Assembly: GCA_937625935.1 (NCBI GenBank)
Contig: OW569377.1
Span: forward strand, 62,001 to 126,000
Reading direction: 5' to 3'
Length of the DNA: 64,000 nt
Origin: Tetramitus jugosus
Lineage: Eukaryota > Protista > Heterolobosea
The notes under the pieces are model-generated. The model ran no database searches, was not told where the DNA came from, and worked only from the letters and a program-made list of their open reading frames with translations. Positions 22,738-31,904 of this stretch are shown here, in pieces (within the stretch, counting starts at the first letter, position 1; each line of letters opens with the position of its first letter). The position numbers and the translations under genes are program-made.

Positions 22738-24282
22738 ATGCTCACGCGATCACGTCCACCTCCACTCCTCCCAACACATCAACCATCCACGAAACAACAA
22801 CAACAACAACGCAGTCGAACACAACACACCAGTAACAACAAAAATGGTTGTTGTTTTGGAATGGATCGACTCACGTTTGGCATTGTTCTCGTTTGGATCA
22901 TTTTCATCGTGTGGTGTACTCTATTGTATCAATATGGTTTCCTATCAAAGAATAGCAGCAGCTCGCTCAATGACAATACAATCGAATCTGTCAACAACAA
23001 TAATAATAAGGACAATGATGATTTGTATGCCAAATTATTTCAATTACAACAGCAACAACAGCAGCAACAACAATTGAACAATCCAATCATCAACACTAAT
23101 AATAACAACAATAACAACAATAATGATGATAAAAAAACGACAACAACAACAACAACAGTAACAACAACTAGCAATAGTAATAATAGTAATAATAATAATA
23201 AAAATGGTGTCATTCCAATCGTAGTGATCGCCTATCAACGAGCCAACGAACTCAAAAAATGTCTAGATACACTGTTTCGTTACAAACCAGATGAAAATGA
23301 TGATCAATTTCACATTTACGTGTCACAAGACGGTTATCATGAAGGAGTGTCACGTGTGGCTCGATCCTATGGCAATCGTGTCACTCTATTCCAACGTGAA
23401 CGAAAAATTCAATTGCCTGCTGTGCCAGTGGGCAATAACCCTAGTTATTATGCACTTTCGCAGCACTATAAATTTGCAGTGAACCAGGTGTTTGCTCAGC
23501 AAACGATTCGACTGCCCAATGTCAACTATGAACGAATTATACTGTTGGAAGAGGATTTGGAAGTGGCGCCCGATTTTTATAGTTATTTTTCCGCGTTGTC
23601 TCCACTGTTGGAGCAAGATTCGAGCTTGTTGTGCATTTCGGCGTGGAACGATAATGGAATGCGTGGTTATGTGAATGATGCGACTCGATTGTATCGAAGT
23701 GATTTTTTCCCTGGGCTAGGATGGATGATTACAAAGCAATTGTGGGAGAATGAGTTGAGAGATGTTTGGCCATTAGGTTATTGGGATGATTGGTTGAGAG
23801 AGGCAGGTAGTCGACGTGGAAGAAACTGTATTCGACCAGAGATTAATCGAACGTATACGTTTGGTGCAAAGGGGACGAGTGGCGGTCAATTTGGTCGATA
23901 TCTCGATGCGATTCAGTTGAACGATCAGAATATTGATTGGAAGTCGATTGATGTGTCGTACATTAGGGATAAGAAGCGATATGATGAGGAGTTGCAGCAA
24001 TTGGTGGATCGCGCAGAAGCAGTCAACCCGCATCAGGTGAGAACATTAGACAAGAAGGATCACGTGTTAAAAATCTTGTACAATAATCCTCATCACTATG
24101 AATCCATTTCGAAACAGATTGGAATCTTCCCAGAATTGAAAGCTGGTGTTCCGAGAGGCGCGTACCATGGTGTCGTTTCACTAAAGTACAAGGATAATGT
24201 GGTGTTGCTGGTTCCGAGCTCGAATCGAGCTGAACCAATGACGTACACCAACGATCCACCATATCCACCTAGACCACAATAA
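22738..24282 (+). CDS. MGAT1: Alpha-1,3-mannosyl-glycoprotein beta-1,2-N-acetylglucosaminyltransferase I (GT13)
   Basis: Type II TM, VSQDG, LEEDLEVAPDF, CISAWNDNG, LYRSDFFPGLGWM, WDDWLR, CIRPEINRT. Confidence 0.95.
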   Translation: MLTRSRPPPLLPTHQPSTKQQQQQRSRTQHTSNNKNGCCFGMDRLTFGIVLVWIIFIVWCTLLYQYGFLSKNSSSSLNDNTIESVNNNNNKDNDDLYAKLFQLQQQQQQQQQLNNPIINTNNNNNNNNNDDKKTTTTTTTVTTTSNSNNSNNNNKNGVIPIVVIAYQRANELKKCLDTLFRYKPDENDDQFHIYVSQDGYHEGVSRVARSYGNRVTLFQRERKIQLPAVPVGNNPSYYALSQHYKFAVNQVFAQQTIRLPNVNYERIILLEEDLEVAPDFYSYFSALSPLLEQDSSLLCISAWNDNGMRGYVNDATRLYRSDFFPGLGWMITKQLWENELRDVWPLGYWDDWLREAGSRRGRNCIRPEINRTYTFGAKGTSGGQFGRYLDAIQLNDQNIDWKSIDVSYIRDKKRYDEELQQLVDRAEAVNPHQVRTLDKKDHVLKILYNNPHHYESISKQIGIFPELKAGVPRGAYHGVVSLKYKDNVVLLVPSSNRAEPMTYTNDPPYPPRPQ

Positions 24283-24318
24283 ATTAAACTTGAAATGCTG
24301 AAGTGTTGTAAGAGAACT

Positions 24319-25791
24319 TTATGAATGTCGGTGCAATATTTCTTGCACACTAATCGTCAAGCACCAAACTGATATGACAACGGAGCAAATGTTGTCTATT
24401 CCAAGCAACAATTGTTGGAAAAAGGTCATCCGTCGTCGCTCCGCACTCCAAGTCAACTGAAGAATACCCATTTTGATGAATACGTGGAAAGTCCATAGTC
24501 CAATAACGATCAATGACCCCTTCCATGAGAATGCAACATCAGCCTCCTGAAGCCAGTAATCTAAGAAAGTACCTGTACCAAATGCACAGAATCCTGAACA
24601 CAGAACAAGTAGGCTATTGTGCAAGCCAAAGTGCTGTCTCTGTTGTCGACTGTGATAAAAGTAGTGCTCAATCAATGCAGTTGACACATAACTGGAGCAG
24701 AAGAGAATCGCAGGAACTGAGGCAATGCTTCTAAATGTCAATCCAGGGAATAAGGTAAACTTATAAATGAGCATCAATGTCAACGTTGGAACCCAAATGT
24801 AACATGCAAGTGAAAATAGTGCACGCGTGTCAGTGTACATGTGCGATGAGAGGAACCTTGATGCAATGTACCGCAAATGGAACTTCCACGTCGACGTTGG
24901 TTCATACAACATTTGGAACGATCGGGCATTCGATGAAAAAAGTTCATGACTGTTATAAATGAGCAACGAATTGTTCTCCTGCAATTGATGCGTCACTTGT
25001 TTCCATCCACTGAATTTCTTGCGTAGCGTATCATAACAACTGCACAAAATGGCAGCCGTTAGAGTAGCCAGTGTACAAACGAGAAAATGCGAACCCAGAG
25101 AATCCTTCTTGGTCCACACTCTTCGACTTGATTGATAGTACTGTTGATATCGATCCAAATTGGAATGAAAAATCAATTTTTGCAAGTACAGAGTAATGTA
25201 ATGATGTTGGCAGCGCAATGACAGTGCATCCATCATGGTATAGCTCGCTCCCACACAGGCATCAGGTTCCAATCTCTGATGGAAGATCCAAGGGTGTCCA
25301 CTGTCGAAAATGTAGGCCAACCACAGGGTAATAAGCAACGACGTAACAAAGAGAGACATGGGAATAAAAAAGGCAACAATATCAGTCATTCGATCCAATA
25401 GAGTGAGATACCAGTGCCGTTTCTTGAGCCTAATGTACCATTGTTTGAGATGAATCGAATTGCTTTGTGACGATGCATTGTCTTGAGAGCTAATCGTATC
25501 GTTCCTGTTTGTGGTGGCACCTTGGACGATTTCAACAGGTGAAGATGGATGGGCAACTTTCACTCTCGACAAATCTTCTAGCTGCAGCAAATAGCTGTAG
25601 ATGGTGGTTCCCGGCTTCACCTTTTTACTGGAAGCATCCAAAAACTGGCGCCAATAATAATTGTGCGAAACAACGAGATTACAATCGGAGCAAACGAGGC
25701 GACAACGCAACACTTGATCATGCTCCAGAAATGAAAAAACGTGCGTCCAAATATCTTTGAGTGAGTGGTGAATCGCAAAGTTGGTGGTCAT
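24319..25791 (-). CDS. F-box protein with multiple transmembrane segments
   Basis: LKDIWTHVFSFLEHDQVLRCRLVCSDCN F-box followed by about 6-7 hydrophobic helices. Confidence 0.75.
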   Translation of the reverse strand: MTTNFAIHHSLKDIWTHVFSFLEHDQVLRCRLVCSDCNLVVSHNYYWRQFLDASSKKVKPGTTIYSYLLQLEDLSRVKVAHPSSPVEIVQGATTNRNDTISSQDNASSQSNSIHLKQWYIRLKKRHWYLTLLDRMTDIVAFFIPMSLFVTSLLITLWLAYIFDSGHPWIFHQRLEPDACVGASYTMMDALSLRCQHHYITLYLQKLIFHSNLDRYQQYYQSSRRVWTKKDSLGSHFLVCTLATLTAAILCSCYDTLRKKFSGWKQVTHQLQENNSLLIYNSHELFSSNARSFQMLYEPTSTWKFHLRYIASRFLSSHMYTDTRALFSLACYIWVPTLTLMLIYKFTLFPGLTFRSIASVPAILFCSSYVSTALIEHYFYHSRQQRQHFGLHNSLLVLCSGFCAFGTGTFLDYWLQEADVAFSWKGSLIVIGLWTFHVFIKMGILQLTWSAERRRMTFFQQLLLGIDNICSVVISVWCLTISVQEILHRHS

Positions 25792-25975
25792 TCTGTAATG
25801 ATGATTGTTTCGTTTGGTTGTTGAAAAGTTGGACTAATAAAGCTGAAATTTGGTGACCAGGCCAAAAAAAGCTGTTTCTCCGTTTCTCCGGATGGTGATT
25901 GTATAAATCCCTTGGAATAATAAGGAGAACATAGTTGACCAAAATACACACAAGAGGAATTATTAACCAAAGGAA

Positions 25976-26254
25976 ATGAACAAGAACCGCAGAGACACCA
26001 TCTCATCATCTGATTCACCCATTGATGAACACTACCTCGAGCATCACTTTGTGCAAAAGGGCGTTCTCACTCCGGAAGAAACTATGAAGCCAATGGTAGC
26101 TCACTTGAGACCTGACGAGCTCTCCCCTGAGAAAATTTTTCAAGCGATAGAACCACACGGCCAAATGGCTAAAACCCTGTATCAAACAGAACTGGCACAT
26201 GAAGAGCTGCTAGACATGGATTTGAGTGATGCTGGTGGAGAAGAAGATCAATGA
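25976..26254 (+). CDS. Small hypothetical protein (92 aa)
   Basis: ATG in A-rich context and protein-like composition; no motif recognised. Confidence 0.45.
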   Translation: MNKNRRDTISSSDSPIDEHYLEHHFVQKGVLTPEETMKPMVAHLRPDELSPEKIFQAIEPHGQMAKTLYQTELAHEELLDMDLSDAGGEEDQ

Positions 26255-26388
26255 TCGATATCCATCTCCCGATCTGTTTTGAATTCATAACCACATCAAA
26301 ACCCATCAACTTACAAAGGTGTGATCAAAAACTATTAAAAAAACAGTTTCGAACAAACAACAAACAAAGCAGAAAGATCTTCAAAAAG

Positions 26389-28713
26389 ATGTTGAGTCGA
26401 TCATCCTTGCGTATCAATCAACATGTCCTGAAAAGGAGCCAACACTACCATTGTACCACCATCAGCCAACAACATCAATTCATCCACCACAACAACAAGA
26501 CAAAGCTAACAACAACAGCAATAACAGCAACAACAGAAGCCACGCACCCTGCTATTTATTCTCGTCCTTCCTTGTTCTCCTATGGTAGTACCAGTGGAGT
26601 TTTGCGTAATTTTCACTCTGCTCCATTGACCAACAATGCAAACGCTACGACTAGCAAATCGAAACTTGATGAAATTGCAGAGAAGATTGAATTGCCAAAC
26701 GATAGAAGAACTCCATCACAAACACAACAGAAACAGCAAGAGGTTAAGAATCATAAGGAACCGACGCCTCAAAAACAGCAACAACAGCAGCCACAAGATC
26801 AGAATGTTGGTAGTGGTGGTGGTGGTGATCAAAAAGAAGCTGAAACACCAAAAAAGAAGAAAAAAGATGTTGATCTGACCTTTTTGATCGTTGCTGTCAT
26901 TTTCACATTGCTGTATGCTTCCAAAAAGGCCAAACAACAAATGAATTTACCATCTGTTCTCCGATCAACTGATGAAACAGTCGGTGATGAAGACAGTCAA
27001 GCGAGTGGTGCTGCACAAGCAACAAAAGCAGCACCTGTCGAAGAAGAGGAAGAAGAAGCAAAGATTGAATTTAACTCGAGACCACCAGTCAATATTGCCA
27101 TTGTCGGTTCAGGCATTTCGGGTTCAGGTATTGCTTACTATACGACTGAATTGTTGCAAAATGTGCTTCAACAGCGAGTCAATGTGACCATTTATGACCG
27201 GAATGAGATTGCTGGTGGTCGATTGAAGCACACTGAAATTGGAGGAGTGTTGTGTGAGATTGGTGGTTCTCACATCATTAGAGACAATTATTATGCGATG
27301 CGTTTGTTGAATTCACTTGGTTTGCATCTAGGTCCAAAGAAGCCACAGTACTTTATTGTGTGGGATGACGATACACAGCAACCACTGTTTGTTGAACATC
27401 CAAGTGATCCATCGGCCAATCGTAATGAATATTTGAAGCGATATCAATTGGGTTGGGCAATCTTTAGAACGAGACATCTCATGAAAGAATTTTTCCTAAA
27501 GTTTTGTAAGGTGTACGAGCTGCAACAGTCTGAAAAGTTTTTTGTACCGCGAGAGTATACGGATAATGATGAAACGAAGCGAATGACAAAGGAAGATTTG
27601 AAGGATACGGTTGTGTGGGAAAATGTACCTCAATTTGTAGATGCCACGCGATTGTATCCAGAAACACATGCGACATTTTATGAATATTTTTGTTCGGGTA
27701 CTCTCCCATTGTTGGGAATTCAAGAACGATTCTTGAGGGAGATTGTCGAACCGATTATCAGAGTGAACTATGCGCAGAATACGACCGATATAACAGCATT
27801 TGCTGGTGCTGTTGCAACTGCTGGTGTTTTCAGTGATTTTAGACCAATTAAGGAAGGAACTTCTTCGATTATTTCTGCCATGCTCAACAAGGCGAAACCA
27901 ACCTTGAAGCTGCAATCCACTGTGAACGAAATTGCTCAAATTGGCGGTTCAGATCGATTCAAGGTCAAATCAACAAGAAGAAGTACGGTGAACGGAGAAG
28001 CAGTCAGTCAAGAAGAAGAATCAGAATACGATTTTGTCATTCTTGCCACTCCTTTGGAACATAGTAAAGAGGCAATACAATTCAAGGGAGTCACACTTCC
28101 AGAAACCATGAACTTCAAGAGGCCTTACCGAACTTTGCACTCCACTTTTGTCGTTGGTAACCTCAATTTGGATTACTTCAAGGTCAAGGACGAGCGAAAA
28201 CCAATTGAACAACCAAAGTTTTACGATCAGATTGCAGTCGATACCAAGGTTGTCAGCGAAGAAGAAGCAGGTCTTTCCATGGCCGAGTACGGAGTAGTAA
28301 CAACAAGGCCAACCACAAAAGAGCAAGCTCTGTTCAACAGTATTGGTCCAGTCGGTCGTACAACCGATACCAATATGCCAATCTTTAAGGTATTCTCCAC
28401 TGAAGCTCTTACTCCTGAACTCATTGGTAACTTGTTCCAAAACATCAAACACGTTGAACATCACGTGTGGGGCGATGGTGCGTATCCAATGCTAAAGGTC
28501 TATGAGGATCACTCAGTGTTGCCACCAATCAAGCTCACCAATCACCTCTACTATGCAAGTGCCTTCGAATCAGTCATCTCCACCATTGAAACCAACTTGA
28601 TCAACTCAAAGAACATTGCTTTCATGATTGGAAAGAACGTTATTGCCCAAATGGAAAAGGAAGAAATCGAAGCCAAGAGAGCAGAATATAAAGACGAAGG
28701 ATACACTGAATAA
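26389..28713 (+). CDS. Prenylcysteine oxidase/lyase-like FAD enzyme with long N-terminal extension
   Basis: IAIVGSGISGSG FAD motif, GGRL, EIGGSHI, RVNYAQ, YDFVILATPL, AYP, LYYASAFESVISTIET. Confidence 0.85.
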   Translation: MLSRSSLRINQHVLKRSQHYHCTTISQQHQFIHHNNKTKLTTTAITATTEATHPAIYSRPSLFSYGSTSGVLRNFHSAPLTNNANATTSKSKLDEIAEKIELPNDRRTPSQTQQKQQEVKNHKEPTPQKQQQQQPQDQNVGSGGGGDQKEAETPKKKKKDVDLTFLIVAVIFTLLYASKKAKQQMNLPSVLRSTDETVGDEDSQASGAAQATKAAPVEEEEEEAKIEFNSRPPVNIAIVGSGISGSGIAYYTTELLQNVLQQRVNVTIYDRNEIAGGRLKHTEIGGVLCEIGGSHIIRDNYYAMRLLNSLGLHLGPKKPQYFIVWDDDTQQPLFVEHPSDPSANRNEYLKRYQLGWAIFRTRHLMKEFFLKFCKVYELQQSEKFFVPREYTDNDETKRMTKEDLKDTVVWENVPQFVDATRLYPETHATFYEYFCSGTLPLLGIQERFLREIVEPIIRVNYAQNTTDITAFAGAVATAGVFSDFRPIKEGTSSIISAMLNKAKPTLKLQSTVNEIAQIGGSDRFKVKSTRRSTVNGEAVSQEEESEYDFVILATPLEHSKEAIQFKGVTLPETMNFKRPYRTLHSTFVVGNLNLDYFKVKDERKPIEQPKFYDQIAVDTKVVSEEEAGLSMAEYGVVTTRPTTKEQALFNSIGPVGRTTDTNMPIFKVFSTEALTPELIGNLFQNIKHVEHHVWGDGAYPMLKVYEDHSVLPPIKLTNHLYYASAFESVISTIETNLINSKNIAFMIGKNVIAQMEKEEIEAKRAEYKDEGYTE

Positions 28714-28825
28714 ATAAACCAATGACCACTCATTCATCAATCCATACAACCAACTTCAAACTTGCTACTCACTTCAACCAAAATGCAAACCCAACAACAA
28801 AAATTCAACAAAACAAAAAGAAGCA

Positions 28826-31402
28826 ATGACCATGTCGTCACCAAAAACAAGACGACTCCCAATAAAACCGAGTGCCACAAGTGAGTACACACCACTCACT
28901 CACCAAATTGCACTCCCACCCTCCTTCTTTTACAACCACCAACTACCACTCTTATCATCATCATCATCTACACCAGTAGTGAACAACAATAACTCGTCTT
29001 CTGATCCTATTTCACTCTTTTCTCCTACTCTAGTTTCCATTGCTTCATCTTCATCATCATCATTACTCCTTCTCTTTGAAGCTATTCCATCATCATCATC
29101 ATCAACAACGAACAACAATAGTGATGAGAATGATGGAGATGAAAATTGGGCCATTTTACATCCCAACACGTATCAAACACTGTTTCGTACAATGAATTTT
29201 TCATCATTGGAGATTGAACGATTGGAACCATTGATCATCATCACATCTCCTCCTACTGATGATGATGACGATGACGAGAACAACAAGAAAAATAAGGTAC
29301 TTGATGAACAAACGAATGAAACAACAACAAGGTTAACATTAACCATTGTAAATTCATCGAACAACAAGGCATTGGATCATGTGAAACAGTATGCAAAACA
29401 AGCAAGAATGCGAAGTTTATTTGACAAGTGTTGTTTATTTGGTGAAAATGATGAAAATGATGAAAAGAAGGGTGGAGAAGAAGAAAATTTTGGAGAAATG
29501 CAATGGTTGATGCACAGTTTACAAGCGAAATTAATGGGAATGAATGTTGTGAGTCGTTGTGTGTTGTTTGTAGAGTGGATGGGTGATTGTTTGATGTTAA
29601 AAGTTCAAGTTGATGATCGTGGTGATGAGAATAATGGTGATGATGCTCGTGTCATCACAACTGTTGATGCCAATACGCGATTTCGAATTGTTCATGGTGA
29701 TGAATCATCCTTATTCGTGTCATCCACTACGGTTGAAAATGTGAACCTTGTTGAAAAACAAAAGGGAATGAATGGAGAATCATTTGAGAGAATGACCAAT
29801 GATTTCTTGAAGGATTTGGATTCGGAATTGGGTGGAGCAAGTGTCCATGTCAATAGTCTCGTGCACAACTTGGACTTTATTTTTGCGAGTGAGTCGTATC
29901 GTCGATTCTGTAATGTACCGCGATGTTTTGTCGTATGGGGGCTCGAAGGCACTGGAAAAACTGTGTTAAAGAATCGTTTGGTGTCAGAGTATCGGAAACG
30001 AGGTGTGAACACTGTGAATCTGTCAGGTGCACAAATGTGGGCAACAATAGAACGTGGACAAACAGTAGATCTTGAGTATCAATTGTTTGAACAGCCACAG
30101 AATAGTTTGGGCACCATGATATGCATTGATGATTTTGAGATGATTGGCGGAAAGGATTTGGTGGAGTCGATGCAAGACAATACAATGACTTATCAGGCAT
30201 TTGATCTCATACATCATTTGCTCAATGTGACAAATACTGATTCTTCCGTTGCGAGAGCAGTTGTGGTGTTTGCGAGAAATGTGGATGCTATTGATGCCAG
30301 TTTTAGAGCTCATGGAAGACTAGATAAGGAGATTTATCTACCAGTACCAAGTGTGGAGCAACGACAACAAATTATCGATATTTATTTGAACAAGTTGATG
30401 GTAGAAAGTGAAGCTGATCGACAAGAAATTGCAGAAAAACTTGTTGTCGTAACACCTGGATTCGTTGGTCGAGATATTGAACGGCTATGCCGTATGGCAT
30501 CCTTCCATTCGATATCATGTAATCGGACTATGGTTATCTGGACTGATTTTGAGTATGCTCTCAGAGTTGTCAAACCTTCACAGATATCAGATCTTGGAGT
30601 GAACATTCCATCGATTCCTTGGGAACAATATGCAGGATATGAGGACATTAAGCGGCGTTGCAAAGAAATCATGTATTGGCCACTCGAGTATCCAGAAGCA
30701 TTTGAACGACATGGACTTCCTACATGCTCTGGCATGTTATTATATGGCGTATCGGGCACAGGCAAGTCGTTTCTGGTTCGATGCTTGGCGTCATTGGGCA
30801 AAATGAATTACATCTCGATCAAATGTCCAGAAATCTTTTCAAAGTACACTGGAGAGACTGAAGAAATTATACGAGGAATATTTAAGAAGGCAAGACAGTT
30901 GGAGCCTTGTGTACTTGTGTTTGATGAACTGGATGCTCTTGCAGGTAGCAGGGAGCTCGACGACGGAGGTATTAGTGATAGTGGAGCATCGACGAGAGCC
31001 TTGTCTCAGCTGTTGAATGAAATGGATGGTATTCAGAGCCGAAAGAATGTCTTCTTGGTCGGGTGCACGAACAGGAAGGAGTTGATCGATCCAGCAGTAT
31101 TGCGTCCGGGAAGATTAGATCAATTGATCGAAATTACGCTGCCAACTCAACAAGATCGTGTTGATATCCTTCGTGCCGTTCAGAAGTATGGGCAACTAAA
31201 TGGCAAGCCCATGCCAATGGACAACCAAGTCATAGAAAGCTTTGAGGAGTTTGCTCAGCGGTTGCACAACAAAACTCCAGCAGACATTAAATCTGTATGC
31301 CGAGAAGCGGCGCTGGAAGCTCTTAGAGAAGACAAAGAAGCTGAGATTATCAGATATCAACACATGGACATAGCGATCAGTTCATTCTTGTCGAAGTCTT
31401 GA
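28826..31402 (+). CDS. Double-AAA ATPase of the CDC48/AFG2 (SPATA5/SPATA5L1-like) group
   Basis: D1 GLEGTGKT (degenerate, IDDFE); D2 GMLLYGVSGTGKS, VFDELD, LLNEMDG, LRPGRLD. Confidence 0.88.
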   Translation: MTMSSPKTRRLPIKPSATSEYTPLTHQIALPPSFFYNHQLPLLSSSSSTPVVNNNNSSSDPISLFSPTLVSIASSSSSSLLLLFEAIPSSSSSTTNNNSDENDGDENWAILHPNTYQTLFRTMNFSSLEIERLEPLIIITSPPTDDDDDDENNKKNKVLDEQTNETTTRLTLTIVNSSNNKALDHVKQYAKQARMRSLFDKCCLFGENDENDEKKGGEEENFGEMQWLMHSLQAKLMGMNVVSRCVLFVEWMGDCLMLKVQVDDRGDENNGDDARVITTVDANTRFRIVHGDESSLFVSSTTVENVNLVEKQKGMNGESFERMTNDFLKDLDSELGGASVHVNSLVHNLDFIFASESYRRFCNVPRCFVVWGLEGTGKTVLKNRLVSEYRKRGVNTVNLSGAQMWATIERGQTVDLEYQLFEQPQNSLGTMICIDDFEMIGGKDLVESMQDNTMTYQAFDLIHHLLNVTNTDSSVARAVVVFARNVDAIDASFRAHGRLDKEIYLPVPSVEQRQQIIDIYLNKLMVESEADRQEIAEKLVVVTPGFVGRDIERLCRMASFHSISCNRTMVIWTDFEYALRVVKPSQISDLGVNIPSIPWEQYAGYEDIKRRCKEIMYWPLEYPEAFERHGLPTCSGMLLYGVSGTGKSFLVRCLASLGKMNYISIKCPEIFSKYTGETEEIIRGIFKKARQLEPCVLVFDELDALAGSRELDDGGISDSGASTRALSQLLNEMDGIQSRKNVFLVGCTNRKELIDPAVLRPGRLDQLIEITLPTQQDRVDILRAVQKYGQLNGKPMPMDNQVIESFEEFAQRLHNKTPADIKSVCREAALEALREDKEAEIIRYQHMDIAISSFLSKS

Positions 31403-31745
31403 TTCGAAACATGAGCAATTTGTCATGTTGATAATTTAGACACCTAATAAGATCCCATGTTCTCAAAAATGAATCCGAGCCCACTTCATTGCTTGCTGTT
31501 TCCATCACGTGCCTTTCTTCCTCTGTTCTTTCATTGTACGGCTGCCATTGCTTTACTGTTGGTTATCAAACCAGATGACATATTTTGTGCAGACCCATAG
31601 AGCATAATCTCCTTTGCGAGCAAAATCCTGGCCATCCGGACAATTGATGAATGCCTATCTGTCTCTAGCTCGAAACTGCACTTTGGACATGTGTCCATGT
31701 ACTCCACCGCATAGAGGCTTCACCACCAATCAAACTATGGTTGGC

Positions 31746-31758
31746 GCATATTTGATAA
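31746..31758. repeat. Target-site duplication, left copy (GCATATTTGATAA)
   Basis: Abuts the poly(T) run; identical to 37029-37041. Confidence 0.95.
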
Positions 31759-31831
31759 TTTTTTTTTTTTTTTTTTTTTTTAATACAACCATTTCGGCTG
31801 CTCCGATTTTATTTTCTGATGATTTACACTG

Positions 31832-31904
31832 GATAACGCTCGAAGAGCGTTATCTCCTCTGTTACTTTTCATTTCTCACAATGACGCTCGTAGAGCGTCA
31901 TTGT
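31832..31904 (-). promoter_or_regulatory. Two related perfect hairpins in the retrotransposon 3' UTR
   Basis: On the RNA: ACAAUGACGCUC-UAC-GAGCGUCAUUGU (31904-31878) and GAUAACGCUC-UUC-GAGCGUUAUC (31854-31832). Confidence 0.8.
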
